Assembly: GCA_049303575.1 (NCBI GenBank)
Contig: JBAQNH010000002.1
Location: 380,541-444,540, forward strand
DNA length: 64,000 nt
Direction: 5' to 3'
Origin: Microgenomates group bacterium
GTDB taxonomy: Bacteria; Patescibacteriota; Microgenomatia; UBA1400; MFAQ01
Positions 17,790 through 27,017 of the stretch are shown here, piece after piece (position 1 is the stretch's first letter; each line of letters begins with the position of its first letter). Both the position numbers and the translations under genes were made by a program. A model generated the notes under the pieces. The model did no database searches. It was not told the origin of the DNA and saw only the letters and a list, made by a program, of their open reading frames with translations.

Positions 17790-18047
17790 ATGCCAAGACT
17801 CGTCAAAAAAACAGCACACGGACCCCATCAAGTAGGGGACAAGTTTATCTGCATGTGCGGACTAAGCAAAAATCAACCTTTTTGTGATAGTTCCCATCTC
17901 AAAACCCTCAAGGAAAACGAAGACAAACTCTACTGGTACGACGAAACTGGTAAGTCAGAAGAGATCGTCACCGAAGAAAGTACTGAAGACGAATGTTGTG
18001 GAAACTGTTCCGGAGACTGTTGCCAAGAAGACAAAAAAACTAAGTAA
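17790..18047 (+). CDS. CDGSH-type iron-sulfur domain protein with Cys-rich tail
   Basis: 'CMCGLSKNQPFCDSSH' matches CxCx2Sx3PxCDxxH. The C-terminal 'ECCGNCSGDCCQEDKK' is additionally Cys-rich. Confidence 0.6.
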   Translation: MPRLVKKTAHGPHQVGDKFICMCGLSKNQPFCDSSHLKTLKENEDKLYWYDETGKSEEIVTEESTEDECCGNCSGDCCQEDKKTK

Positions 18048-18049
18048 TT

Positions 18050-19231
18050 ATGAACAAACTTCCTTTAGCTGTCGTCGTTATCCCCACCTACAATGAAGCC
18101 GAATCAATCGGTGAAATGATTGACGCTCTCTGCGGCAAAATTTTTCCTAAAATTAAAGACTGGCAATGCAAACTTCTGGTTGTCGACGACACCTCCCCCG
18201 ACGGTACCTACAAAATTGTCCAAAAAAAACAAAAGCAGTATAAAAATCTTGAGCTTTACTTAAATCCTACCAAGGCCGGTATTGGTGGGGCCTACGTCAA
18301 GGGTTTCCGTCATGCTATGACCACTCTTGGAGCAGACGTCATTATCGAGTTTGATGCTGACTTCCAGCATCCCCCCAAAGATATCCCCCTTTTATTAAAT
18401 GAAATTACCGCCGGATACGACTATGTTCTCGGTTCCCGCAAAATTAAAGGAGGTAGTAATCCTAAAGGCTGGGGTTTCAAACGCATTTTCTTCAGCGAAG
18501 TCGGTGGTCTAGTTGCTCGTTTTGGCCTTTTCTTTCCCGGAAAAATGTTCTTCAAAATTACCGACCCTACAACTGGCCTAAAGGCCTCCAGAGTCAAAGG
18601 CTTTGTCGATGCTATGGACATGGACCACCTGTACTCCAGAAATTTTGGTTACAAACTTGAGTTTTTGTACAAAATGGTTCAGCTTGGGGCAAAAGTTAAA
18701 GAGATTCCACTTCAGTTCGGTCTCCGCACCAAAGGTGAATCCAAGATCGAGTCTCAAACCGCCATCGACATTTTCCGCTCCGTTTTCCTCCTTCGTTGGA
18801 ACGACCCCACCACCCAGAAATTTATTAAATTTGGCTGCATCGGTCTTTTTGGTTTTGGTATCAACAAGTTTGGTCTCGATATTTTTTCCAAAGCCCTTCA
18901 AAATATAATCAACACCGTTGGCGTAAGAAACTTCATTGCCAACGCGCTAGCTGCTGAGATTTCTATAATAAGTAACTTCGTTTTAAACAATCTCTGGACC
19001 TTTAAAAACGAAAAACTAATCTGGGGCAAAATCCTTATTCAAAAGTTCCTTACGTTCAATCTTAGTTCGGTTGTCTCCGGTATTATCATCCCCAGTCTCG
19101 TCATCGGTGCCGGGACTCAGATTTTTGGTGACCAGTATCGCTTCCTCTTCCTAGTGTTAGCCGTACTCTTCTTTACGATTCCCCTAAACTGGTTCATCTA
19201 CAATCACGTCATCTGGAAGAAAAAGAAATAG
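18050..19231 (+). CDS. GT2 polyprenyl-phosphate glycosyltransferase (Dpm1-like) fused to GtrA-like membrane domain
   Basis: 'VVIPTYNEAESI...LLVVDDTSPDGT'. A C-terminal 4-TM 'FIKFGCIGLFGFGIN' GtrA-like region follows. Confidence 0.75.
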   Translation: MNKLPLAVVVIPTYNEAESIGEMIDALCGKIFPKIKDWQCKLLVVDDTSPDGTYKIVQKKQKQYKNLELYLNPTKAGIGGAYVKGFRHAMTTLGADVIIEFDADFQHPPKDIPLLLNEITAGYDYVLGSRKIKGGSNPKGWGFKRIFFSEVGGLVARFGLFFPGKMFFKITDPTTGLKASRVKGFVDAMDMDHLYSRNFGYKLEFLYKMVQLGAKVKEIPLQFGLRTKGESKIESQTAIDIFRSVFLLRWNDPTTQKFIKFGCIGLFGFGINKFGLDIFSKALQNIINTVGVRNFIANALAAEISIISNFVLNNLWTFKNEKLIWGKILIQKFLTFNLSSVVSGIIIPSLVIGAGTQIFGDQYRFLFLVLAVLFFTIPLNWFIYNHVIWKKKK

Positions 19232-20867
19232 ATTTTCGAATTCCAAATATAAGAACAATAAATAGTCCTAGTATCCCGATTAAACTAATTACGTTTCCTA
19301 CATTTTCAGTTTTTGTTTGTACGATACTTACTTCAACGATATTTTCTCCCTGAGGCAGATTAGTTTTTAAAAACCCAGTCTCCTCATCTTTTTCAAGATT
19401 GATGTTTCTATCATTATTTTTTACTGACCAGCCTGGCCAATAAAAAAGATTAAATATTATCTGTGAGTTTTCGGCGCTTTTTCCTTGCAATTTTACTCTT
19501 GGACTTACACCTTCAATTATTTCTTTGATTTCGAAATTGGTAGCTTTATGAACAATATTTGGTTTAAAGTAAGGATTAATTCTTACCCAAACAGGTTTTG
19601 CTTCCCAGCCAATATCGGTTGATCCATAAAATAAATGTTGTTCATAAAAATATTGATCATCATATCGAATTTTTTGCCACGTTCTTAAATAGTTTCGGTT
19701 GTTTATTACCAAAAGACCGACAATCATAACCAATAATAAAATTTTCCATTTTCTTCCTTTTAAAGCGTCAAACACCATGGCGGCAAGGACGCTACTGGTT
19801 AACATTGTCAACATCAATATCCTCCAAGGAAATTGAATTTGGGATAGAACAGGGATTATTCTCCACACAAAAACACTGCTTGGACTCATCAAAAATATTC
19901 CCAAATAGGAAAAAAATACCAAATATATTAAAAGTCTTTTGTTTGAATACTTAATCTTTCTTTTAATAAGAACTATCACCAGTAAAATTGTTGATATTAA
20001 AATTACAAATATATTTGCAAATCCAACCTGCATTGACATTCCGTCATTGTCTGTACCAGGATTTGAGTATTCATATTTCCACGGTGAATAAAGCATTTGT
20101 TTCCAAGATGGAAAATGGTCTAGATAATTTACAACGACATTTTTTCCCAATCCAACCATCTTCATTTCAGATATTGCCGGATACCAGAAAAATGCACTTA
20201 TCATAATTGCCAGTACCCCACTCAAAGTAAAAAGCCAAAATAATTTTTTACTTCTATATTTAGATAAAACTAATATTGCATAACAAAGTATTGGTAAAGA
20301 AAATATTAGTAAGCTAACATTATGTGCCAAAGGTAAAAGAGAAGAAACGATCGCCAATATAACAACACCAATATATGTTTTTTTCTTTCCTAAATTATCA
20401 ATCGCCCAAAACACCCAAGGAATAATTGAAAGAGCCAGTACAATGCCAATAGATCCATTCACATACATAGCCAAAAAACGATATGGTGTGTACATAAAGA
20501 GCAAGGACCCTAAGAAACTCGCAGTTTTTGAAAAATGTCCCTTTAAGAAAGCATACATACCCCAAATCGAGGAAAACACACAAATTATATTTAACACTCG
20601 ATAGCTATCACCAAAAGATAATCCGATTACTTTCAATATCGATCCCAAATAGTAAACTAAGGGATAAAAATAATTAAAAGTGGGATATCCATACCCATAT
20701 GCCATATTTGTCCCAAAACGTACCGGAAACTGGCCATTTATAAGTTCGCTATAAAAATGCATCAATCTAACTAAATGAAGTTGACTGTCATGACTCCAAA
20801 AAAAACCATTAATAAACAAATCACGAATCCCTGGAATTGTTATCAATACAAGTAATAGCCAAATCAT
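19209..20867 (-). CDS. Polytopic membrane protein, GT-C-like, 'HDxxxH' family paralog
   Basis: 552 aa with at least 10 TMs. N-terminal 'WSHDSQLHLVRL...GYGYP' is shared with 27017 and the C-half of 30175. It has a C-terminal extracytoplasmic domain. Confidence 0.45.
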   Translation of the reverse strand: MIWLLLVLITIPGIRDLFINGFFWSHDSQLHLVRLMHFYSELINGQFPVRFGTNMAYGYGYPTFNYFYPLVYYLGSILKVIGLSFGDSYRVLNIICVFSSIWGMYAFLKGHFSKTASFLGSLLFMYTPYRFLAMYVNGSIGIVLALSIIPWVFWAIDNLGKKKTYIGVVILAIVSSLLPLAHNVSLLIFSLPILCYAILVLSKYRSKKLFWLFTLSGVLAIMISAFFWYPAISEMKMVGLGKNVVVNYLDHFPSWKQMLYSPWKYEYSNPGTDNDGMSMQVGFANIFVILISTILLVIVLIKRKIKYSNKRLLIYLVFFSYLGIFLMSPSSVFVWRIIPVLSQIQFPWRILMLTMLTSSVLAAMVFDALKGRKWKILLLVMIVGLLVINNRNYLRTWQKIRYDDQYFYEQHLFYGSTDIGWEAKPVWVRINPYFKPNIVHKATNFEIKEIIEGVSPRVKLQGKSAENSQIIFNLFYWPGWSVKNNDRNINLEKDEETGFLKTNLPQGENIVEVSIVQTKTENVGNVISLIGILGLFIVLIFGIRKSISFSSR

Positions 20868-20882
20868 TACTATTGTTTTTGA

Positions 20883-21998
20883 TTATAAGTATGGTGCCCA
20901 ATCGGAAATAGGCGACATGTTATTAAGTAAAAAATTCCAGCTGAATAGCAGTATTGGTATCAAAAGAATTGCCAAGACGATCTTAAACTTCTTTTTTTGA
21001 ATCAGTTTGTCCCAGCCAATCAACACAAATGGTGCAATAGGTAAGATATATCGGCTGATGTCTCGGTGGGCGACCGACAAGGTCGACAGGAAAAACAATC
21101 CGGCAAAGTATGTCTCTATTTTCATTTTCTTTTTCCACATCTTGGCTACGCCAATACCGAAAATCAACCAAGTCCAGATCACATCTTCCAGCCAAAAATT
21201 TCCCACCCAAACCTGCCCCTTGGGAGCAAAGATAGAAAACGGTGGCCAAAAAAGATGAATATTATCTCCGCTGTTAAAGTATGCCCAAAAATCCCCCGTT
21301 CGAACTCCGTAAAACCAGAACAAAGCCAAGACGGCCAGTGCTTGAATGAGCAACGGCAGATACTTAAACTGAATTCTCTTTAACTTTACCGATTCCACCA
21401 GGGCATACAATCCATAAGCCCCAAGTAAAATCACCGCCGGACTTTTAGTTAATTGTGCCAAAAACCCAAATAGTCCCGCAAGCCAAAATTTTTCTTTACG
21501 GAAGTAAAAAATACTGGCAATAATGAAAAACAAAAACCACGGTTCCGGTGAGCCAATACTGCGCAAGGCCACCCATCGCGCCGGTAACACCAAAAATACC
21601 AAACATAACCATAACGGATTTTTGCTCAATCCAAACTCCTTAAGATATTTAAAAAGCATCAAAAAACACAACACACTCCCGAGGAGTGTCGCAAGAAGCA
21701 TGGCTGTCGGTCCTTTGAGTACTGTGTCAAACACGGAAATGATCGCCGGGTACAGGGGAAAATGTGCCGGGTAATACTCAACTGGCAGGGGATTAGAAAA
21801 CCGAGTTCTGATTGCCTCGGTGTTATACCAAGTTTTTTCTATGATCAAGTAGTTTGGCCCATCAAAATTTTGCCAAAGAATCTTAGTCCCTTCGGAAAAA
21901 TTCATACCCCAACCGGGAAGCTGAACTTTCAGAACAAAAGGCAACCAAACTAATAAGGAAAAAAGAACTACTGCGATAGCTAAATATGCTCGTTTCAT
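20883..21998 (-). CDS. Polytopic membrane protein, putative GT-C glycosyltransferase
   Basis: 371 aa, multi-TM. Co-directional with the 19209 gene. Confidence 0.4.
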   Translation of the reverse strand: MKRAYLAIAVVLFSLLVWLPFVLKVQLPGWGMNFSEGTKILWQNFDGPNYLIIEKTWYNTEAIRTRFSNPLPVEYYPAHFPLYPAIISVFDTVLKGPTAMLLATLLGSVLCFLMLFKYLKEFGLSKNPLWLCLVFLVLPARWVALRSIGSPEPWFLFFIIASIFYFRKEKFWLAGLFGFLAQLTKSPAVILLGAYGLYALVESVKLKRIQFKYLPLLIQALAVLALFWFYGVRTGDFWAYFNSGDNIHLFWPPFSIFAPKGQVWVGNFWLEDVIWTWLIFGIGVAKMWKKKMKIETYFAGLFFLSTLSVAHRDISRYILPIAPFVLIGWDKLIQKKKFKIVLAILLIPILLFSWNFLLNNMSPISDWAPYL

Positions 21999-22018
21999 CT
22001 ATCTCTTAGTATATACTT

Positions 22019-22735
22019 GTGAGTATGTCGAGACAAATAGAAAAACTGTCTGTATTTTTACCGGCTTACAACGAGGAAGCCAACCTCGAGCGAACAGTCA
22101 AAAACGTTATCGAAAACCTAAAGAAAAATGTTTCCGAATGGGAGATTGTCATCGTCGATGACGGCTCCAAAGACAGGACTAGTGAAATTGCCGACCAACT
22201 TGCCAAGGAAAACAAAAAAATTTCCGTTATTCATCACAACCCAAATAGAGGTTACGGCGGTGCTTTCAAAAGTGGTCTTTATGGTTGCAAATATCCTTGG
22301 ATTTCCTTCATCGACTCCGATGGTCAGTTCGACTTTAAAGAAATCGGTCGTTTCATCGAAACTCAAGAAAAAACCAATGCCGATATGGTCATCGGTTACT
22401 ATCTAAAACGAAAAGTTCCTTTCACTAGAATTTTAAATTCCAAAATCTGGCAGTTAATTGTCTTCCTTCTTTTTGGTCTTAATGTCCGTGACATTGATTG
22501 TGGTTTCAAACTCATTTCCAAAAAAATTGTCGACACCATCCCCAAACTTGAAAGCGAAAGGGGAGCCTTCATTAGTTCTGAGTTTTTAATTAAAGCCAAA
22601 AGAGCCGGTTTCAAGATTGTCGAGATCGGTGTTCAGCACTATCCACGTAAGTTCGGTGAAGCCACTGGTGCAAAATTAAATGTCATCGTCCAAAGTTTCA
22701 TCGACCTCTTTAAACTCTGGAGAAAAATCAAATGA
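22019..22735 (+). CDS. GT2 glycosyltransferase (Dpm1/GtrB-like)
   Basis: 'LSVFLPAYNEEANL...IVIVDDGSKDRT'. Confidence 0.7.
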   Translation: MSMSRQIEKLSVFLPAYNEEANLERTVKNVIENLKKNVSEWEIVIVDDGSKDRTSEIADQLAKENKKISVIHHNPNRGYGGAFKSGLYGCKYPWISFIDSDGQFDFKEIGRFIETQEKTNADMVIGYYLKRKVPFTRILNSKIWQLIVFLLFGLNVRDIDCGFKLISKKIVDTIPKLESERGAFISSEFLIKAKRAGFKIVEIGVQHYPRKFGEATGAKLNVIVQSFIDLFKLWRKIK

Positions 22736-24216
22736 TCAACTGGATCAAAAAAAATAAATTTGAATTTGCTTTGCTGCTTGGAATTCTTTTTATTGCTCTC
22801 TTTCTTCGCCTCTTTAGAATCAGTGAATTTATGACTTTCCTGGGCGACGAAGGCCGCGACGTTCGTATTGTCCGCGACCTCATCACCAAAGGTAATCTTG
22901 TTTTTATTGGCCCGCAAACCAGCATTGGCAACATGTATCTTGGCCCTCTCTACTACTACTTGATGGCTCCCGCCCTCTTCCTTTCCGGTCTCAATCCTGT
23001 TGGGCCTGCCGTGATGGTTGCCCTCCTAGGTGTCTTTACTGTCTGGCTTACTTGGTATGTTGGTCGAAACTGGTTTGGGAAAGTCGCTGGGCTCATTGCC
23101 GCTCTTCTTTTTGCCGTTTCCCCGGTTGCCATCATTTACTCCCGCTCGTCTTGGAACCCCAACCCCATGCCACTTTTTTCGCTTCTTTGTATCTGGGGTA
23201 TCTACCAAGTCTGGCAGCACAAAAAATATTTTTGGTTACCTTTGGTTGGTATTTTTTATGCTTTTGCAATGCAAATGCACTATCTCGGTCTGCTTCTTGC
23301 TCCCATCCTTGGCCTCTTCTGGTTGCTTTCATTACTCCAAGTTAAAAAAGACAAAGAACTAAAGTCTCAGTTCCTCAAAAAAACTCTGATTGCGGTACTT
23401 CTTTTCCTACTTCTTATGTCGCCCCTCGTTTTGTTTGACCTTAAACATTCCGGTATGAACTACAACGCTTTCAAAGTCTTTTTTACCGATCGTCAAACAA
23501 CCGTCAACCTTAATCCTGCAAGATCCGATCGTTTCCTTCCGGTGATTTACACTACCGTCACCGACTTGGTTCTTGCTCGTCAGGAAATTTATATTCCTCT
23601 TATTTCCGCCGCCATCTTTCTTCTTTCCCTTCTCGTTTTTATCAAATCAAAGTGGCGAACTGCTCTCAAACTTCTTTTTGCTTGGCTACTTCTCGCTCTT
23701 CTTGGTCTTGGGGTTTACAAACAGCACGTCTACATCCATTATTTAGGTTTTATTTATCCGGCTATTTATCTTCTCCTGGGAGCCATTCTTGGTTTTATTT
23801 CCACCAGAAAAGGAATAATTCTTAAAATTCTCGCCGCCATTTTTCTCGCCGCTCTTATTTTTCTCAATATTAAATACAATCCCACTTTTGGCAACCCCAA
23901 CCGTCAGCTTCAACGCACCGAGGAAGCCGTTGACTTAATCATCAAAGAGTCCAAAGGGGAGCCTTTCAATTTTGGTCTGATTGCCAAACAAAACTACGAC
24001 GAGTCTTACCGTTACTTCCTCGAAAACAAAAAGGCTAACTTAGTTCGTGGCGAAGTCAAAATTGTCGATCAGCTCTTTGTTATCTGCGAGGATGGTGACA
24101 AGTGTCAACCGGAGGGAAATCCGGACTGGCAAATTGCTGTTTTTGGACCATCACACGTTGTCTCCATGTGGCAAATTGATTATCTAAAAATCTATCGACT
24201 CGAACACACCAAATGA
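22732..24216 (+). CDS. GT-C glycosyltransferase, ArnT/PMT-like (GT39/GT83-like)
   Basis: About 12 TMs. A 'DE' motif sits in the first extracytoplasmic loop ('FLGDEGRDVRIV'). Confidence 0.55.
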   Translation: MINWIKKNKFEFALLLGILFIALFLRLFRISEFMTFLGDEGRDVRIVRDLITKGNLVFIGPQTSIGNMYLGPLYYYLMAPALFLSGLNPVGPAVMVALLGVFTVWLTWYVGRNWFGKVAGLIAALLFAVSPVAIIYSRSSWNPNPMPLFSLLCIWGIYQVWQHKKYFWLPLVGIFYAFAMQMHYLGLLLAPILGLFWLLSLLQVKKDKELKSQFLKKTLIAVLLFLLLMSPLVLFDLKHSGMNYNAFKVFFTDRQTTVNLNPARSDRFLPVIYTTVTDLVLARQEIYIPLISAAIFLLSLLVFIKSKWRTALKLLFAWLLLALLGLGVYKQHVYIHYLGFIYPAIYLLLGAILGFISTRKGIILKILAAIFLAALIFLNIKYNPTFGNPNRQLQRTEEAVDLIIKESKGEPFNFGLIAKQNYDESYRYFLENKKANLVRGEVKIVDQLFVICEDGDKCQPEGNPDWQIAVFGPSHVVSMWQIDYLKIYRLEHTK

Positions 24217-24752
24217 GTACCACTAACGGCAAATTAATTTGGATTGACCTCGAGATGACTGGACTTAATCCCTACAAAGATAAAGTTGTCGAGATTGCCA
24301 CCATCGTCACCGATGCTAATCTGGACGTACTGGCAGAAGGACCGGATTTGGTAATTCATCAACCCTCAGAAATAACAAACAAGATGATTGCCTGGAATCA
24401 AGAACACTTTGCTCAGTCAGGGCTCTTAAACGCCATTCACGACTCAAAAATATCTTTAGCCGAGGCCGAAGAACAAACGCTCAGCTTTCTTAAGAAATAC
24501 TCTCCTGCCAACACGGCTCTTTTAGCTGGCAACTCTGTTCACATCGACCGTGAATTCATCAGAGTTCATATGCCCAAACTCGCTGCCTTTGTTCATTATC
24601 GTATTATTGATGTCTCCACGATCAAAGAACTCGCTCTTCGCTGGTATCCTGAAGTCAAACCCTTCGTAAAAGTTGAGGCACATCGTGCTCATGACGACAT
24701 TCTCGAGTCCATAGATGAGCTAAAATACTATCAGGCACGTATATTTAAATAA
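24213..24752 (+). CDS. orn: Oligoribonuclease
   Basis: 'LIWIDLEMTGLNP', 'DKVVEIATIVTD', C-terminal 'HRAHDDI'. 179 aa. Confidence 0.8.
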   Translation: MSTTNGKLIWIDLEMTGLNPYKDKVVEIATIVTDANLDVLAEGPDLVIHQPSEITNKMIAWNQEHFAQSGLLNAIHDSKISLAEAEEQTLSFLKKYSPANTALLAGNSVHIDREFIRVHMPKLAAFVHYRIIDVSTIKELALRWYPEVKPFVKVEAHRAHDDILESIDELKYYQARIFK

Positions 24753-24754
24753 TT

Positions 24755-25516
24755 ATGTCAAACATCAAGCTCTCTATTGTTATACCCAACTTCAACGAAA
24801 AAGAAAATCTTGATCGGGGAGTTTTGGAAGAAGTCTATAACTACCTTAAGGGAGTCCGTTATGACTATGAAGTCCTCATTAGTGATGATGGCTCCACCGA
24901 CGGCAGCAAAGAAATGGCCGAAAAGTTTGCCCGCTCTCACCAAGGTTTCAGAGTCCTACCCAATCCTCATGGCGGCAAAGCTAAAGCTGTCTATGCTGGT
25001 ATCAAAGCCGCCAAAGGTGAGATTGTTCTTTTCACCGACATGGATCAGTCAACTCCTCTCAAAGAAGTTGAAAAACTTCTTCCTTGGTTTGATGAGGGTT
25101 TTGATGTTGTTTTTGGCTCCCGCGGCAAAGCCAGAGAAAATTTCCCCTGGTATCGCCAGCTCACTTCCTGGGGTTTTCGCGTCGTGAGAGGTATTTTTCT
25201 GCTCCGTCATGTTGTCGACACTCAGTGCGGCTTCAAAGCTTTCAAAACCAATGTTGCCAAAAAATTATTTCCCTTACTCTCGGTACTCAGGGACCAAAAA
25301 CAATCTACAGGTTGGACGGTTTCCGCTTTTGATGTCGAGCTTTTGTTCTTAGCCGAAAAATACAATCACAAACTCAAAGAGGTTGATGTCGCTTGGAAAG
25401 ACGAAGATGTGGCCACCAACAAAGACAAAAGATTCATCAAAGAATCAACCGACATGTTAAAGCAGATTCTCCAAGTCAAGAAAAACGATCTCCAAGGAAA
25501 ATATGATCAAAAATAA
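24755..25516 (+). CDS. GT2 glycosyltransferase (Dpm1-like)
   Basis: 'LSIVIPNFNEKENL', 'ISDDGSTDGS'. Confidence 0.7.
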   Translation: MSNIKLSIVIPNFNEKENLDRGVLEEVYNYLKGVRYDYEVLISDDGSTDGSKEMAEKFARSHQGFRVLPNPHGGKAKAVYAGIKAAKGEIVLFTDMDQSTPLKEVEKLLPWFDEGFDVVFGSRGKARENFPWYRQLTSWGFRVVRGIFLLRHVVDTQCGFKAFKTNVAKKLFPLLSVLRDQKQSTGWTVSAFDVELLFLAEKYNHKLKEVDVAWKDEDVATNKDKRFIKESTDMLKQILQVKKNDLQGKYDQK

Positions 25517-27017
25517 TAAAATCTGGATCATTGTTTTTACCTTACTGGCCTTCGGCTTATTCTTTTTTTTAAGACTATCGAAGCTCAATAATATTCCCGT
25601 GTTTGTGGATGAAGCCATTTATGTTCGTTGGTCTCAGGTAATGAAAAACGAACCTAATCTTCGTTTTATACCCCAAACGGATGGCAAACAACCTCTTTTT
25701 ATGTGGTCTACTATTCCCTTTTTCAAAATCTCCGACGATCCTCTCCTCGCCGGCCGTCTTGTTTCGGTGGCTACTGGTCTCGGCACTCTTCTTGGTGTCG
25801 GTTTCCTCGCTTACTTAATTTTTGGTGACTTACTAGTTGTTTCTTTTTCAATGCTGGTTTTTGCTATCCTGCCATACTCCGTTTTCTTCGATCGTATGGC
25901 GCTAGCCGACTCAATGCTTGGTATGTTTGGTATCTGGTCTCTGGCTCTCTCGATTCTTTTTGCCAAAACAAATAAACTCGATCATGCCATGCTTCTTGGT
26001 TTTGCTATTGGCGGAGGACTCCTCACCAAGTCTCCTGCCATTATGTTCTATCTTTGGCTCGCCGTATCCTTACTTTTCTTTTTTAGACCCAAAGGTAGCA
26101 AAATCAAAACTCTAGGCAATTTATCACTTGGTCTCCTTGCCGTTTTCATTATTTCCCAAGCCATGTACGGCATTCTTCGTCTCGGACCTGCCTTTGAAAT
26201 GATTGGTGCTCGTAATCAAGATTACTTGTTTACTTGGAGGGAAGTCCTCGGTCACCCCCTTAGTCCCTTAATCGGCAATCTCAAAACAACCGCAAACTGG
26301 CTTTGGCTACTCTTTTCTCCCGCCCTTCTCCTGGTTCTCATCTTTGGTCTTCTTCCTAAAAAAACCAGATCTTTATCTCTCTTCTTAATTTTTGTTTCAC
26401 TACTTCCTCTTGTCGCCCAAGCCGCTATCGCCAAAGTCTATACCAGTCGCTATGCTTTATTCGCCGTACTTCCCCTAATTCCGGTTATTGGTTTTGGTTT
26501 TCACTGGCTCGTAACAAGGAAGGGGATTCTTATTAAACTTTCGACATTTATTCTCCTACTTGTTCCCCTTATTTTTTCTCTTCTTTGTGTTTTTGCCCCC
26601 ACCAAAGCTTTTCTTTCCTACGATATGCACACTGGCTATCTCGAGGAATGGACTGCCGGCTGGGGTCAAAAAGAAGTAGCCAACTATCTCATTGATTTAG
26701 AATCAAAAGGGGAGAAGGTCGTCGTTTTCACCGAAGGCTTCTTTGGTACTCTTCCTGATGGTCTTCAGATCTACACCAATGGGCACCCCAACATTACCGT
26801 TGTTGGCTCAAACCCTTATGTTGGTGCTGTTCCGGAGGGCTTGATCAAAACTTCCCCAGACAATGCCCGCTTCTTGGTAATTAATAAATCTCGTAATCAT
26901 CTCAATGCCGGTTCGCTCGACACTCTAAAGCTCATCAAAGAATTTCCCAAACCGGCTCGCCTAGACGGCACCCAAGAAGCACTTCAGTTCTATCGCTATC
27001 AGCTTAACTCTTTATAA
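25503..27017 (+). CDS. GT-C glycosyltransferase, ArnT/PMT-like
   Basis: Multi-TM, with 'VFVDEAIYVRW' in loop 1. Confidence 0.55.
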   Translation: MIKNNKIWIIVFTLLAFGLFFFLRLSKLNNIPVFVDEAIYVRWSQVMKNEPNLRFIPQTDGKQPLFMWSTIPFFKISDDPLLAGRLVSVATGLGTLLGVGFLAYLIFGDLLVVSFSMLVFAILPYSVFFDRMALADSMLGMFGIWSLALSILFAKTNKLDHAMLLGFAIGGGLLTKSPAIMFYLWLAVSLLFFFRPKGSKIKTLGNLSLGLLAVFIISQAMYGILRLGPAFEMIGARNQDYLFTWREVLGHPLSPLIGNLKTTANWLWLLFSPALLLVLIFGLLPKKTRSLSLFLIFVSLLPLVAQAAIAKVYTSRYALFAVLPLIPVIGFGFHWLVTRKGILIKLSTFILLLVPLIFSLLCVFAPTKAFLSYDMHTGYLEEWTAGWGQKEVANYLIDLESKGEKVVVFTEGFFGTLPDGLQIYTNGHPNITVVGSNPYVGAVPEGLIKTSPDNARFLVINKSRNHLNAGSLDTLKLIKEFPKPARLDGTQEALQFYRYQLNSL

